Source: an uncultured bacterium (GTDB lineage: Bacteria > Patescibacteriota > Minisyncoccia > UBA6257 > GWB1-50-10). From it: a DNA stretch of 64,000 bases. The DNA is taken from the NCBI GenBank assembly GCA_963722655.1, contig CAVRNT010000001.1, positions 244,994 to 308,993 on the forward strand, given 5' to 3'. The translations under genes were made by a program, and so were the position numbers. Positions 1 through 8,034 of this stretch are shown one piece after another. The first letter of the stretch is position 1. Every line of letters starts with the position of its first letter. A model generated the notes under the pieces. The model saw only the letters and a program-made list of their open reading frames with translations, searched no databases and was not told the DNA's origin.

Positions 1-1
1 C

Positions 2-178
2 TTGAAGGCCCAACTCCGCATCGCGGACCGTTTGGGCGTCCGCCTCGCCCTCATCTTGGGCCAGAAAGAGGTCTTCGAAGGGACGATCATCGTCCGGGAC
101 ACCGAGACCGGCGCCCAGGAGACGATCGTCACGGAGCACCTGGTGGAGGAGGTGAAGAAAAGATTGAGCAATAAGTGA
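2..178 (+). CDS. 3' end of a class II aminoacyl-tRNA synthetase (anticodon-binding domain), partial
   Basis: Frame-2 translation ...LALILGQKEVFEGTIIVRDTETGAQETIVTEHLVEEVKKRL* resembles the C-terminal HGTP anticodon-binding domain of Gly/Thr/Pro/His-RS; stop TGA 176-178; 5' end is outside the window. Confidence 0.45.
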   Translation: MKAQLRIADRLGVRLALILGQKEVFEGTIIVRDTETGAQETIVTEHLVEEVKKRLSNK

Positions 179-179
179 G

Positions 180-599
180 ATGGAAGATTGTATCTTCTGC
201 AAAATAATCGACAAGGAGATCCCGGCGAGCATCGTCTACGAGGACGATGCGGCCCTTGGCATCCTCGACGTCAATCCGCGCGCTTGGGGCCACACGATGA
301 TTTTGCCAAAAAAGCATTACCCGACTATATTGGATGTGCCTCCGGAGGAGCTCGGGCCGCTCTTGGCCGCAGTGCAGAAGGTGACGGCCGCGATAGAAAA
401 AGCCCTCGCGCCGGACGGTTTCACGATCGGGGTGAACCACGGGAAGGTTTCCGGCCAAGCGGTGCCGCACCTTCACGTCCACATCCTGCCGCGCTTCGAG
501 GGGGACGGCGGCGGGTCTATCCACTCTGTGGTCGGCGCGGCGCCGAAGGAAGGATTGGAAGAGACGCGGGCGCGGATAGTCAAAGCGCTCAACGGATAA
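180..599 (+). CDS. HIT family (histidine triad) hydrolase
   Basis: 139 aa with the HLHVHILPR histidine-triad motif and a CxxC N-terminus, typical of HinT-like proteins. Confidence 0.85.
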   Translation: MEDCIFCKIIDKEIPASIVYEDDAALGILDVNPRAWGHTMILPKKHYPTILDVPPEELGPLLAAVQKVTAAIEKALAPDGFTIGVNHGKVSGQAVPHLHVHILPRFEGDGGGSIHSVVGAAPKEGLEETRARIVKALNG

Positions 600-643
600 A
601 AAGGGTCGAACAAGCGAAACATTTAAAAATTCCAACATAAACC

Positions 644-865
644 ATGGCATTAGAGATCAGAAAAAGGAAGGGCGAGAACACCAACGCCTTCATCTACCGC
701 TTCAATAAGCGCATTCAGCAGAGCGGCGTCTTGAAGGAGGTGCGGAAGAGGCGGGCTCACGGCCGCCCGGAGAACAAGCGGAAGCGCCGCAAGCGCGCGC
801 TCTACCGCATCGGGAAGCAAAAGGAGCTCGCGAAGCAAAGGAAACAAGGCTACAAGTACAAATAA
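644..865 (+). CDS. rpsU: 30S ribosomal protein S21
   Basis: 73-aa basic protein with an S21-like pattern (FIYRFNKRIQQSGVLKEVRKRR...); conserved rpsU-yqeY neighbourhood. Confidence 0.85.
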   Translation: MALEIRKRKGENTNAFIYRFNKRIQQSGVLKEVRKRRAHGRPENKRKRRKRALYRIGKQKELAKQRKQGYKYK

Positions 866-880
866 GGTCCATTCCTCTAA

Positions 881-1348
881 ATGAGCGAAGGTCTTTTGGA
901 GAAAATAAAAGCCGACACGCTCGCTGCTATGAAAGGCGGTGACGCGGTTCGCCTCGGCACTCTGCGCCTCCTCTCGGCCGCCTTGCACAACCGCGAGATC
1001 GAGAAGCGGACGAAAGGGCAGAGCGACGTCCTCTCAGCCGACGACGTTTTGGACGTCTTGCGGCGCGAGGCCAAAAAGCGCCGTGAGGCCATCGAGTTCT
1101 ATATTAAAGGAGGTCGGTCGGAGCTGGCCGAGAAGGAGACCAGCGAACTCAAGGTCCTCGAGGGATACTTGCCGCCGTCCTTGGACCCGGCGGAGGTCAA
1201 ACGCTTGGTCGCGGAGGCGGTCGCCGAAGTGAAGCCCCAAGGGCCGAAGGATTTCGGCAAAGTGATGGGCGCGGTGATGAAGAAGGCCGGCGGCCGAGCG
1301 GATTCGAGCGTCATTTCGGCCGCCGTGAAGGAGGTCCTGGGCGCATGA
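881..1348 (+). CDS. yqeY: GatB/YqeY domain protein
   Basis: 155 aa similar to the YqeY family (LKGGDAVRLGTLRLL...GPKDFGKVMG) immediately after rpsU. Confidence 0.8.
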   Translation: MSEGLLEKIKADTLAAMKGGDAVRLGTLRLLSAALHNREIEKRTKGQSDVLSADDVLDVLRREAKKRREAIEFYIKGGRSELAEKETSELKVLEGYLPPSLDPAEVKRLVAEAVAEVKPQGPKDFGKVMGAVMKKAGGRADSSVISAAVKEVLGA

Positions 1349-1773
1349 AGGCGGTGAAGCGGGTGACCGTGACGGCCTTGGACCGGAAGGACAGACCTTG
1401 GGAGAAACGTCTCGAGGTTTTTGGTTTAAGAGCGCTCAAAGCGGCGGGCCTTAAAGGCGCCGCCTTTGACGTTTACCTCGCCCCGGACGGGGTGATGCGC
1501 GCGCTGAACAGGCGGTACCGGAAGAAGGACAAGCCGACGAACGTCCTGAGCTTCGGGAGCGCCGCACGTTTCCCCCGGCCGGATCTGGGGCCGGGAACAC
1601 GCTACCTCGGCGAGATATTTTTGGACCCCGGTTACATCGCGGCCCGGGGCGGGAATGTCGAGCGCCTCTTTGTACACAGTTTTCTTCACCTTTTGGGATA
1701 TACGCACAGGCGGAGAGATGATAGAATGAAGATGGAAAAAAAGGAAAGATGGCTAATCTCATCACTGGGTTAG
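1345..1773 (+). CDS. ybeY: rRNA maturation endoribonuclease YbeY
   Basis: HSFLHLLGYTH zinc-binding motif (HxxxHxxGxxH) and NVLSF motif; overlaps the yqeY stop. Confidence 0.85.
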   Translation: MKAVKRVTVTALDRKDRPWEKRLEVFGLRALKAAGLKGAAFDVYLAPDGVMRALNRRYRKKDKPTNVLSFGSAARFPRPDLGPGTRYLGEIFLDPGYIAARGGNVERLFVHSFLHLLGYTHRRRDDRMKMEKKERWLISSLG

Positions 1774-2972
1774 ATATCGGTTCGTCCGAGATCAAGTGCG
1801 TGGTGGCGGAGACGAAGAAGGGCGGCGTGCTCTCGGTCGTCACCGCCTTCAAGCAGCCGTCGGCCGGCATCCGACACGGCGTTTTGGTGGATGCGGAGGA
1901 CACCTTGGGGGCGCTCGACGCCGTCGTCTCCGACCTCGGGAAGATCTCGAAGGCGGCGACGAGAAACGTCCTCGTCAACTTTCAAAGCCCGGAGGTCCGG
2001 GCCCGCACCTCGCGGGGCGTTGCCGCTGTCGCGCGGGCGGACAAGGAGATCCAAACCGACGACGTGGACCGGGTGACCCAGGCCTCGCGGGCCGTGAAGA
2101 TGATGCCGAACTCCGTCATCCTCCACAACGTCGTCAAGGAATATTTCGTGGACGAGATCGGCGACATCATCGACCCGCTCGGGATGACTGGGAGCCGGCT
2201 CGAGGTCGTGACCTTGATCGTCGAGGGTTTCGCCCCGCAGGTGAACCCGCTCCTCAAGGTCCTCGAGAAACTGCGGGTGGGCGTTTCGGGCGTCATCTTC
2301 AATCCGCTCGCCTCCGCGAACGCGGTCCTTTCCAAAAAGCAGCGCGAGCTCGGGGTCCTCGTCGTCGACTTCGGCGCGGGGACGACCTCCTTGGCCATCT
2401 TCGAGGAGGGCAAGGCCCTCCATGTGAAGAGCATCCCCTTGGGCTCGGCCTACGTCACGAACGACGTCGCGATCGGACTCAAGACCTCCATCGACCTCGC
2501 GGAAAAGCTCAAGACGACCTACGGCTCGGCGATCGCGAAGGAGGTGAACCGCCGGGAAATGGTGAAGCTTTCGGACGTGGACGGCCGGACGGAGGGGGAG
2601 GTCTCCCGCCATTTCCTCGCCGAGATCATCGAGATCCGGCTTGCGGAAATCCTCGGCCTCGTGAATAATGAGCTCAAGGTTTTGGGCCGCGACGTCCAGC
2701 TGCCGGCCGGGGTCGTGGTGACGGGCGGCGGCAGCAAGTTGCCGGGCCTCTTAGACCTCGTGAAATCCGAGCTCAAGTTGCCGGTCCAAATGGGTTTGCC
2801 GAACCTCGCGCCCTTCGAGATAATGAACCCGACTCACCAGGAACTGATGGACGATCCGGAATTCGCTTGCGCGGTCGGTCTCACTCTTTGGGGCCAGCTC
2901 GAGGGGCGGCGACCGCAGGCGAGCTGGAGCGCCACCGGACTCAAGGGATTTTTGAAGAATTTGATACCGTAA
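1749..2972 (+). CDS. ftsA: cell division protein FtsA
   Basis: N-terminal GLDIGSSEIKCVV actin-fold phosphate-1 motif and GGGS phosphate-2 motif; lies upstream of ftsZ. Confidence 0.85.
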   Translation: MANLITGLDIGSSEIKCVVAETKKGGVLSVVTAFKQPSAGIRHGVLVDAEDTLGALDAVVSDLGKISKAATRNVLVNFQSPEVRARTSRGVAAVARADKEIQTDDVDRVTQASRAVKMMPNSVILHNVVKEYFVDEIGDIIDPLGMTGSRLEVVTLIVEGFAPQVNPLLKVLEKLRVGVSGVIFNPLASANAVLSKKQRELGVLVVDFGAGTTSLAIFEEGKALHVKSIPLGSAYVTNDVAIGLKTSIDLAEKLKTTYGSAIAKEVNRREMVKLSDVDGRTEGEVSRHFLAEIIEIRLAEILGLVNNELKVLGRDVQLPAGVVVTGGGSKLPGLLDLVKSELKLPVQMGLPNLAPFEIMNPTHQELMDDPEFACAVGLTLWGQLEGRRPQASWSATGLKGFLKNLIP

Positions 2973-3014
2973 AACTCATATTTAAATCTTTGAATATTTA
3001 AACCTTTCGCACCA

Positions 3015-4229
3015 ATGTCCAAGAAAAAACACAGAAGATCGAGATCCAAACCGTCGAGCAGGTCAAAGACCTCCCAAAGTTCCGGCGGTCTCACGAAGAT
3101 CATCGTCGTCGGTCTCGGCGGCATGGGCGGGAACGCCGTGACGCGGATGATGGAAAGCGATCGCCCGCGGGGCGTGGAGTTCATCGCCGTGAACACCGAC
3201 GCGCAGGATCTGGATTACGCGACGGCCCACAAGAAGCTCTACATCGGCCGGGCGCTCACGCGGGGGCTCGGGGCCGGAATGAATCCCGAGATCGGCAAAC
3301 AAGCGGCCGAGGAAAACCGCTCGGAGATCGGCGAGGCGATTGAGAACGCCGACGTCGTCTTCATCACCGCGGGCATGGGTGGCGGCACGGGCACGGGCGC
3401 CGCGCCCGTCGTCGCGGAGATCGCCAAAGAAAAGGGGATTCTCACGATCGCGGTCGTCACGAAACCCTTTGCTTTCGAAGGAGCGCAGCGGACGACGATC
3501 GCCCAAGAAGGCTTGGCTCGCCTTAAGGAGAAGGTGGACGCGCTCATCGTCATCCCGAACGACCGAGTTTTCACTTTGATTGACAAGGACACTTCCGTGA
3601 TGCGGGCCTTCGCCTTCATCGACGAGATATTGAAGCAAGGCATCAAGGCCATCGCCGAACTCGTGAACACCCCCGGCATCGTGAACGTGGACTTCGCCGA
3701 CATCAAGTCGATATTGAAGGAGTCGGGGACGACCTTGATCGGCATCGGCACGGCGTCGGGCCAGGACCGGAGCGTGAAGGCCGTCGGGAACGCCGTGAAC
3801 TCTCCGCTCCTCGAGGTCTCGATGGAAGGAGCGAAGGGTGTCCTCTTCTCGATCGCCGGCGGCCGGGACCTCAAGATGTCCGAAGTGAACGACATCGCGA
3901 AGACCATCGCCGGTTCCCTCGATTCTAACGCCCGGGTCATCTTCGGGGCCTATTACGACCGGGGACTCAAGGACAAGGCGATCAAAGTGACGGTCATCGC
4001 GACCGGCTTTAACGGTATGTTCTCGGATAGACGGGGAATGCCGACCCTCTTCATGGCGAACGAAACTAAGAAAACCGATTCGAAGATCGCCGATGTTACA
4101 CCGATCGGTGAAACACTGGACCTCGGAATGGCTGAAGGTAAGGAAAGGATAGTCAAGGGAGGAGGCGGCAAGGTGGAAGGAGGCGAGGCCTGGGAGATTC
4201 CGACGTTCCTCCGAAAGAAAAAGAGATAG
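3015..4229 (+). CDS. ftsZ: cell division GTPase FtsZ
   Basis: Tubulin signature GGGTGTG, NTDAQ motif, basic N-terminal extension and C-terminal conserved tail. Confidence 0.9.
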   Translation: MSKKKHRRSRSKPSSRSKTSQSSGGLTKIIVVGLGGMGGNAVTRMMESDRPRGVEFIAVNTDAQDLDYATAHKKLYIGRALTRGLGAGMNPEIGKQAAEENRSEIGEAIENADVVFITAGMGGGTGTGAAPVVAEIAKEKGILTIAVVTKPFAFEGAQRTTIAQEGLARLKEKVDALIVIPNDRVFTLIDKDTSVMRAFAFIDEILKQGIKAIAELVNTPGIVNVDFADIKSILKESGTTLIGIGTASGQDRSVKAVGNAVNSPLLEVSMEGAKGVLFSIAGGRDLKMSEVNDIAKTIAGSLDSNARVIFGAYYDRGLKDKAIKVTVIATGFNGMFSDRRGMPTLFMANETKKTDSKIADVTPIGETLDLGMAEGKERIVKGGGGKVEGGEAWEIPTFLRKKKR

Positions 4230-4288
4230 CTGTCAAGGAAAGCTGGACAAAGGTCCGGCTTTTTTGTTTGCCGTGATGTTATCCACCA

Positions 4289-7150
4289 TTGCGGTTTGCG
4301 GGCCGGCTTTTAGAATTGACTATGTCGTTTAAATTTCCAAATTCTATGTCCACCGCGAAGAGAGCCGCGCGCGCGGCAAAGGGAAAAGGGGAGGAGAAAA
4401 AGGTCTCGAAGCGGTTCGCCGTGCCGCTCAAGCGGTTCTTCACGCAGGCGAACGTCGACCCCTTCGACGAAGTGCGGTGGGTGAAGTGCGATGCGGTCGT
4501 CGGTAGCGGAGAAAAGAAGGTCTTCGAACAAAAGGACGTCGAGTTCCCGGATTTTTGGTCGCAGAACGCCGTGAACATCACGGTCGCGAAATATTTCCGC
4601 GGCCAGCTCGGCAAACCCGAGCGCGAAAACAGTTTGAGACAGATGATCGGCCGGGTCACCAACGTCCTGCGCGCCTGGGGCGAGCGCGGCGGTTACTTCA
4701 CCGGTCCCGGGCAAGCGCAGATCTTCGAGGACGAGCTCAAACATCTTTTGGTCCACCAGCAGGGTTCCTTCAATAGTCCGGTTTGGTTCAACGTCGGCTC
4801 GCGGGAGAACCCTCAATGTTCCGCCTGCTTCATTCTCAGGGTGGAGGACGAGATGAGCGACATCTTGGATTGGATCAAGACGGAAGGAATGATCTTCAAA
4901 GGCGGCTCCGGCGCGGGCGTGAATCTCTCGAACCTGCGTTCGAAGCTCGAACCGCTCTCTGGGGGCGGCTACGCCTCCGGTCCGGTCTCCTTCATGCGCG
5001 GGGCGGACTCCGTTGCCGGCATGATCAAGTCCGGCGGCACGACCCGCCGGGCGGCGAAGATGGTCGTGATGAACATCGACCATCCCGACGTGATAGATTT
5101 CATCCGCGCTAAAGCGGAGGAGGAGAAAAAAGTGCGGGCGCTCATGGAGGCCGGCTACAACATGGCGGATTTGAACAACGACGCCTGGAACTCCATCCAA
5201 TATCAGAACGCCAACAACTCCGTCCGCATCACCGACGACTTCATGGAGGCGGTCGAGAAGGACGGCGATTGGCAGACCCGCTTCCGCGTCTCGGGCAAAA
5301 TCGCCCAAACCTACAAGGCCCGCGAGGTCTTGGAGAAGATCGCCGAGGCGGCCTGGGAATGCGGCGACCCGGGCGTCCAGTTCGACACCATCATCAACAA
5401 GTGGCACACCTGCCCCTTGTCCGGCCGCATCAACGCCTCCAACCCCTGCAGCGAGTACATGCATTTGGACAACTCCGCCTGCAACCTGGCCTCGATCAAT
5501 CTTCTGAAGTTCTTGAACGCGGACGGCACCTTCGACGTCAAGGCCTTCAAGCAGGCGGTGGACGTCTTCATCTTGGCCCAAGAGATCATCGTCTCGGGCT
5601 CGAGCTACCCGACGGAGAAGATCGCCGAAAACGCGCATGATTTCCGGGAACTGGGGCTGGGCTTCGCCAATTTGGGGGCCCTCCTCATGACCAAAGGCCT
5701 GGCTTACGATTCCGAAGGCGCCAGGGCCTTAGCCGGGGCGATCGCCTCCTTGATGTCCGGCGAGGCCTACCGAATGTCATCGGAGATTGCCGCGCGCATC
5801 GGGCCTTTTGCCGGCTACGCCCTGAACCGCGAACTGATGCTCCGGGTCATCAAGATGCACGACGCGGAATCCAATAAGATAGATGCCGCCGTTTTGGACG
5901 ACAAAAAGCTGGGCGCCGAAGCCCGGAAGGTCTGGGACGAGGCGCTCGAGGCGGGCGAAAAGAACGGCTACCGCAACTCTCAGGTCACGGTCATCGCCCC
6001 GACGGGGACCATCTCCTTCATGATGGACTGCGACACGACGGGCATCGAACCGGATTTCGCCTTGGTCAAGATGAAGCAGCTCGTGGGCGGCGGCTGGATG
6101 AAGATCGTGAATGAGAGCGTCCCGCCGGCCTTGAAGAACCTAGGTTACGGCACGGCGGAGGCGAAGGCGATCATGGACTACGTGCGGGAAAGCGGCACGA
6201 TGGAAGGCGCGCCCGGATTCAAAGAGGAACATCTACCGATCTTCGACTGCGCCGTCCGCTCCGGCAAGGGGACGCGCTCCATTTCCTGGAGAGGCCACGT
6301 GCGCCTCGTGGGCGCGGTCCAGCCCTTCATCTCGGGCGCGATCTCGAAGACCTTCAACATGGCGAGCGACGTGACGAAAGAGGAGATCGAAGAGGCCTAC
6401 GTGATGGCCTGGAAGTTGGGCATCAAAGCCTTCGCCGTCTATCGCGACGGCTCCAAGGCGACCCAGCCCTTGAACACCTCTGAGAAGAAGGACGGTAAGA
6501 AAAGCGACAAGGCTCTCGGCGACGGCGTTTCCCGCCGGAAGTTGCCGACGACCCGAGTTTCCGAGACCCACAAGTTCGCCATCGTCGGCCACGAAGGCTA
6601 TCTGACCTACAGCATGTACGACGACGGGATGCCGGCCGAGATCTTCATCCGGATGTCGAAGCAAGGGAGCACGCTCTCGGGGCTCCTCGACGCCTTCGCC
6701 ATCTCGGTCTCGATGGCCCTCCAGTACGGCGTGCCCTTCAAGGCCTTGGCCCACAAGTTCATCTACAGTCGCTTCGAACCGGCGGGCTTCACCGAGAACC
6801 CCCAGATCCGGATCGCGACGAGCATCATCGACTACATCTTCCGCTACCTCGCTTTGCGGTTCATGACCGCCGAGGACCTCGCGGAGTTCGGAATGACCCA
6901 AGCCCTCGAGGGCCACGATGTCCATACCGTGAAATTGGAGGCGCCGAAGACGGTCGTGATCGACGCCAAACCCGCCGAGGTCGACGAAACCGCCAATGGT
7001 GGAGGCGAATCGCTCTATTCGGCGTCAGCGAATAAGTCGGGTACGGTGCTTGCCGAGACGGTCTGCAAGAACTGCGGCGGCATGATGGTCCGCACGGGCA
7101 CCTGTCTCACCTGCCTGCAGTGCGGCAGCTCGTCTGGCGGCTGCTCTTGA
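4289..7150 (+). CDS. nrdJ: adenosylcobalamin-dependent ribonucleoside-diphosphate reductase (class II RNR)
   Basis: 953 aa with class II RNR hallmarks (NSPVWFNVG, CSACF active-site region, C-terminal Cys-rich CKNCGG...CLTCLQCG tail); start may be the ATG at 4322. Confidence 0.85.
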   Translation: MRFAGRLLELTMSFKFPNSMSTAKRAARAAKGKGEEKKVSKRFAVPLKRFFTQANVDPFDEVRWVKCDAVVGSGEKKVFEQKDVEFPDFWSQNAVNITVAKYFRGQLGKPERENSLRQMIGRVTNVLRAWGERGGYFTGPGQAQIFEDELKHLLVHQQGSFNSPVWFNVGSRENPQCSACFILRVEDEMSDILDWIKTEGMIFKGGSGAGVNLSNLRSKLEPLSGGGYASGPVSFMRGADSVAGMIKSGGTTRRAAKMVVMNIDHPDVIDFIRAKAEEEKKVRALMEAGYNMADLNNDAWNSIQYQNANNSVRITDDFMEAVEKDGDWQTRFRVSGKIAQTYKAREVLEKIAEAAWECGDPGVQFDTIINKWHTCPLSGRINASNPCSEYMHLDNSACNLASINLLKFLNADGTFDVKAFKQAVDVFILAQEIIVSGSSYPTEKIAENAHDFRELGLGFANLGALLMTKGLAYDSEGARALAGAIASLMSGEAYRMSSEIAARIGPFAGYALNRELMLRVIKMHDAESNKIDAAVLDDKKLGAEARKVWDEALEAGEKNGYRNSQVTVIAPTGTISFMMDCDTTGIEPDFALVKMKQLVGGGWMKIVNESVPPALKNLGYGTAEAKAIMDYVRESGTMEGAPGFKEEHLPIFDCAVRSGKGTRSISWRGHVRLVGAVQPFISGAISKTFNMASDVTKEEIEEAYVMAWKLGIKAFAVYRDGSKATQPLNTSEKKDGKKSDKALGDGVSRRKLPTTRVSETHKFAIVGHEGYLTYSMYDDGMPAEIFIRMSKQGSTLSGLLDAFAISVSMALQYGVPFKALAHKFIYSRFEPAGFTENPQIRIATSIIDYIFRYLALRFMTAEDLAEFGMTQALEGHDVHTVKLEAPKTVVIDAKPAEVDETANGGGESLYSASANKSGTVLAETVCKNCGGMMVRTGTCLTCLQCGSSSGGCS

Positions 7151-7171
7151 TCGCTGGCTATTTAAGAATGA

Positions 7172-7203
7172 AAAACCCGCCCGAAGAGGCGGGTTTTTTT
7201 GTC
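7172..7203. terminator. bidirectional rho-independent terminator shared by nrdJ and the convergent tRNA-Lys
   Basis: aaaaaCCCGCCcgaagagGCGGGttttttt: GC hairpin flanked by an A-run and a T-run. Confidence 0.75.
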
Positions 7204-7274
7204 CCCCGGACAGGATTCGAACCTGTGACCCACTGCTTAAAAGGCAGGTGCTCTACCAACTGAGCTACCGGGGG
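7202..7274 (-). tRNA. tRNA-Lys (anticodon TTT)
   Basis: The reverse complement folds as a cloverleaf CCCCCGGTAGCTCAGTTGGTAGAGCACCTGCCTTTTAAGCAG...GGTTCGAATCC...CCGGGGGA; anticodon loop CTTTTAA; CCA is not encoded. Confidence 0.85.
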
Positions 7275-7291
7275 AAACTCGAGCAATTATG

Positions 7292-7320
7292 ATTATATTC
7301 GCCCGTTTGGCAAATTTCAA
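7292..7320 (-). promoter_or_regulatory. sigma70-like promoter for tRNA-Lys
   Basis: On the minus strand: TTGAAA, a 17-nt spacer, then TATAAT, about 17 nt upstream of the tRNA 5' end. Confidence 0.45.
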
Positions 7321-7355
7321 CGATTATGGTATTAAGAAACCAGTTGTTTAACTGA

Positions 7356-7745
7356 TTGGGAGGCAACATGACCATAGATGAGCTAAGAGAGAAGGTCATT
7401 TTGAAGGCTCGGTCCGATGGATTGCGGATGGTCGGCATCCTGCGGCAGGATATCGTGGACGATATCCTCGTCTATCTTCAAGGCAAAGGATCTATATTCT
7501 TTTACCTCGAGACCGAAGCCTTTAGTTGGGCCGACCTCATAGACGGCGTTGATTTCTACATCGTAGTCATCAAAGAACGCTATATCGCCATTCCTATTTC
7601 GGTGACCGGCCCATTCTGGATAAAAAGCCATCTAGAACGTCATCCGGACGTGCCGGTGGTCTCCGTGGACCTGCGCAAGGGCCTGGCCAAGGCCAAAGCG
7701 CTCGCCACTAAGAGGATCTTGAGGATAATCGAAGCGGCGCGTTGA
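7356..7745 (+). CDS. hypothetical protein
   Basis: ORF of 125-129 aa with a GGAGG-like RBS (tgggaggcaacATG at 7368) and its own terminator; no recognised domain. Confidence 0.5.
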   Translation: MGGNMTIDELREKVILKARSDGLRMVGILRQDIVDDILVYLQGKGSIFFYLETEAFSWADLIDGVDFYIVVIKERYIAIPISVTGPFWIKSHLERHPDVPVVSVDLRKGLAKAKALATKRILRIIEAAR

Positions 7746-7771
7746 AATTCTGACGCGCCGCCATTTTTTAC
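7734..7771 (+). terminator. rho-independent terminator
   Basis: GCGGCGCGttgaaattctgaCGCGCCGCcatttttt; a second hairpin plus T7 lies at about 7789-7826. Confidence 0.6.
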
Positions 7772-7907
7772 ATCACACCGCAATTCAAGCGCCCAGCTTT
7801 ACACGGGGCGGTTTTTTTATTACATAGCGAAGCGAGTGATACGCAAAGGCGAAGCGTTCGAGCATCCGAGCGAGCGACGGCAACGAAGGGGCTGAATGCT
7901 TCGGGGC

Positions 7908-7936
7908 TTGCCCCATATGAACACCCTTTATATAAT
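7908..7936 (+). promoter_or_regulatory. sigma70-like promoter for tRNA-Asn
   Basis: TTGCCC, a 17-nt spacer, then TATAAT, about 26 nt upstream of the tRNA 5' end. Confidence 0.45.
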
Positions 7937-7962
7937 TAAAACGTTGTCTCTGGACAATGTAT

Positions 7963-8034
7963 TCCCCGGTAGCTCAGTGGTAGAGCGGCGCTCTGTTAAA
8001 GCGATGGTCGTAGGTTCGAATCCTACCCGGGGAG
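7963..8034 (+). tRNA. tRNA-Asn (anticodon GTT)
   Basis: Cloverleaf TCCCCGG-TA-GCTC-AGTGGTA-GAGC-G-GCGCT-CTGTTAA-AGCGA-TGGTC-GTAGG-TTCGAAT-CCTAC-CCGGGGA-G; anticodon GTT is flanked by U33 and A37. Confidence 0.85.

Noticed and set aside
1770-2612. Long antisense or alternate-frame ORFs inside ftsA, nrdJ, mreB, holB and similar genes (for example 1770-2612 minus, 4310-5638 minus, 24325-25128 minus, 25515-27029 minus, 27842-28582 minus)
   Set aside because: These are typical high-GC artefacts. They are Arg/Pro/Gly-rich low-complexity translations opposite genes with clear homologs.
4230-4320. Possible NrdR box or cobalamin riboswitch upstream of nrdJ
   Set aside because: The intergenic region is under 100 nt, with no recognisable NrdR palindrome or B12-box.
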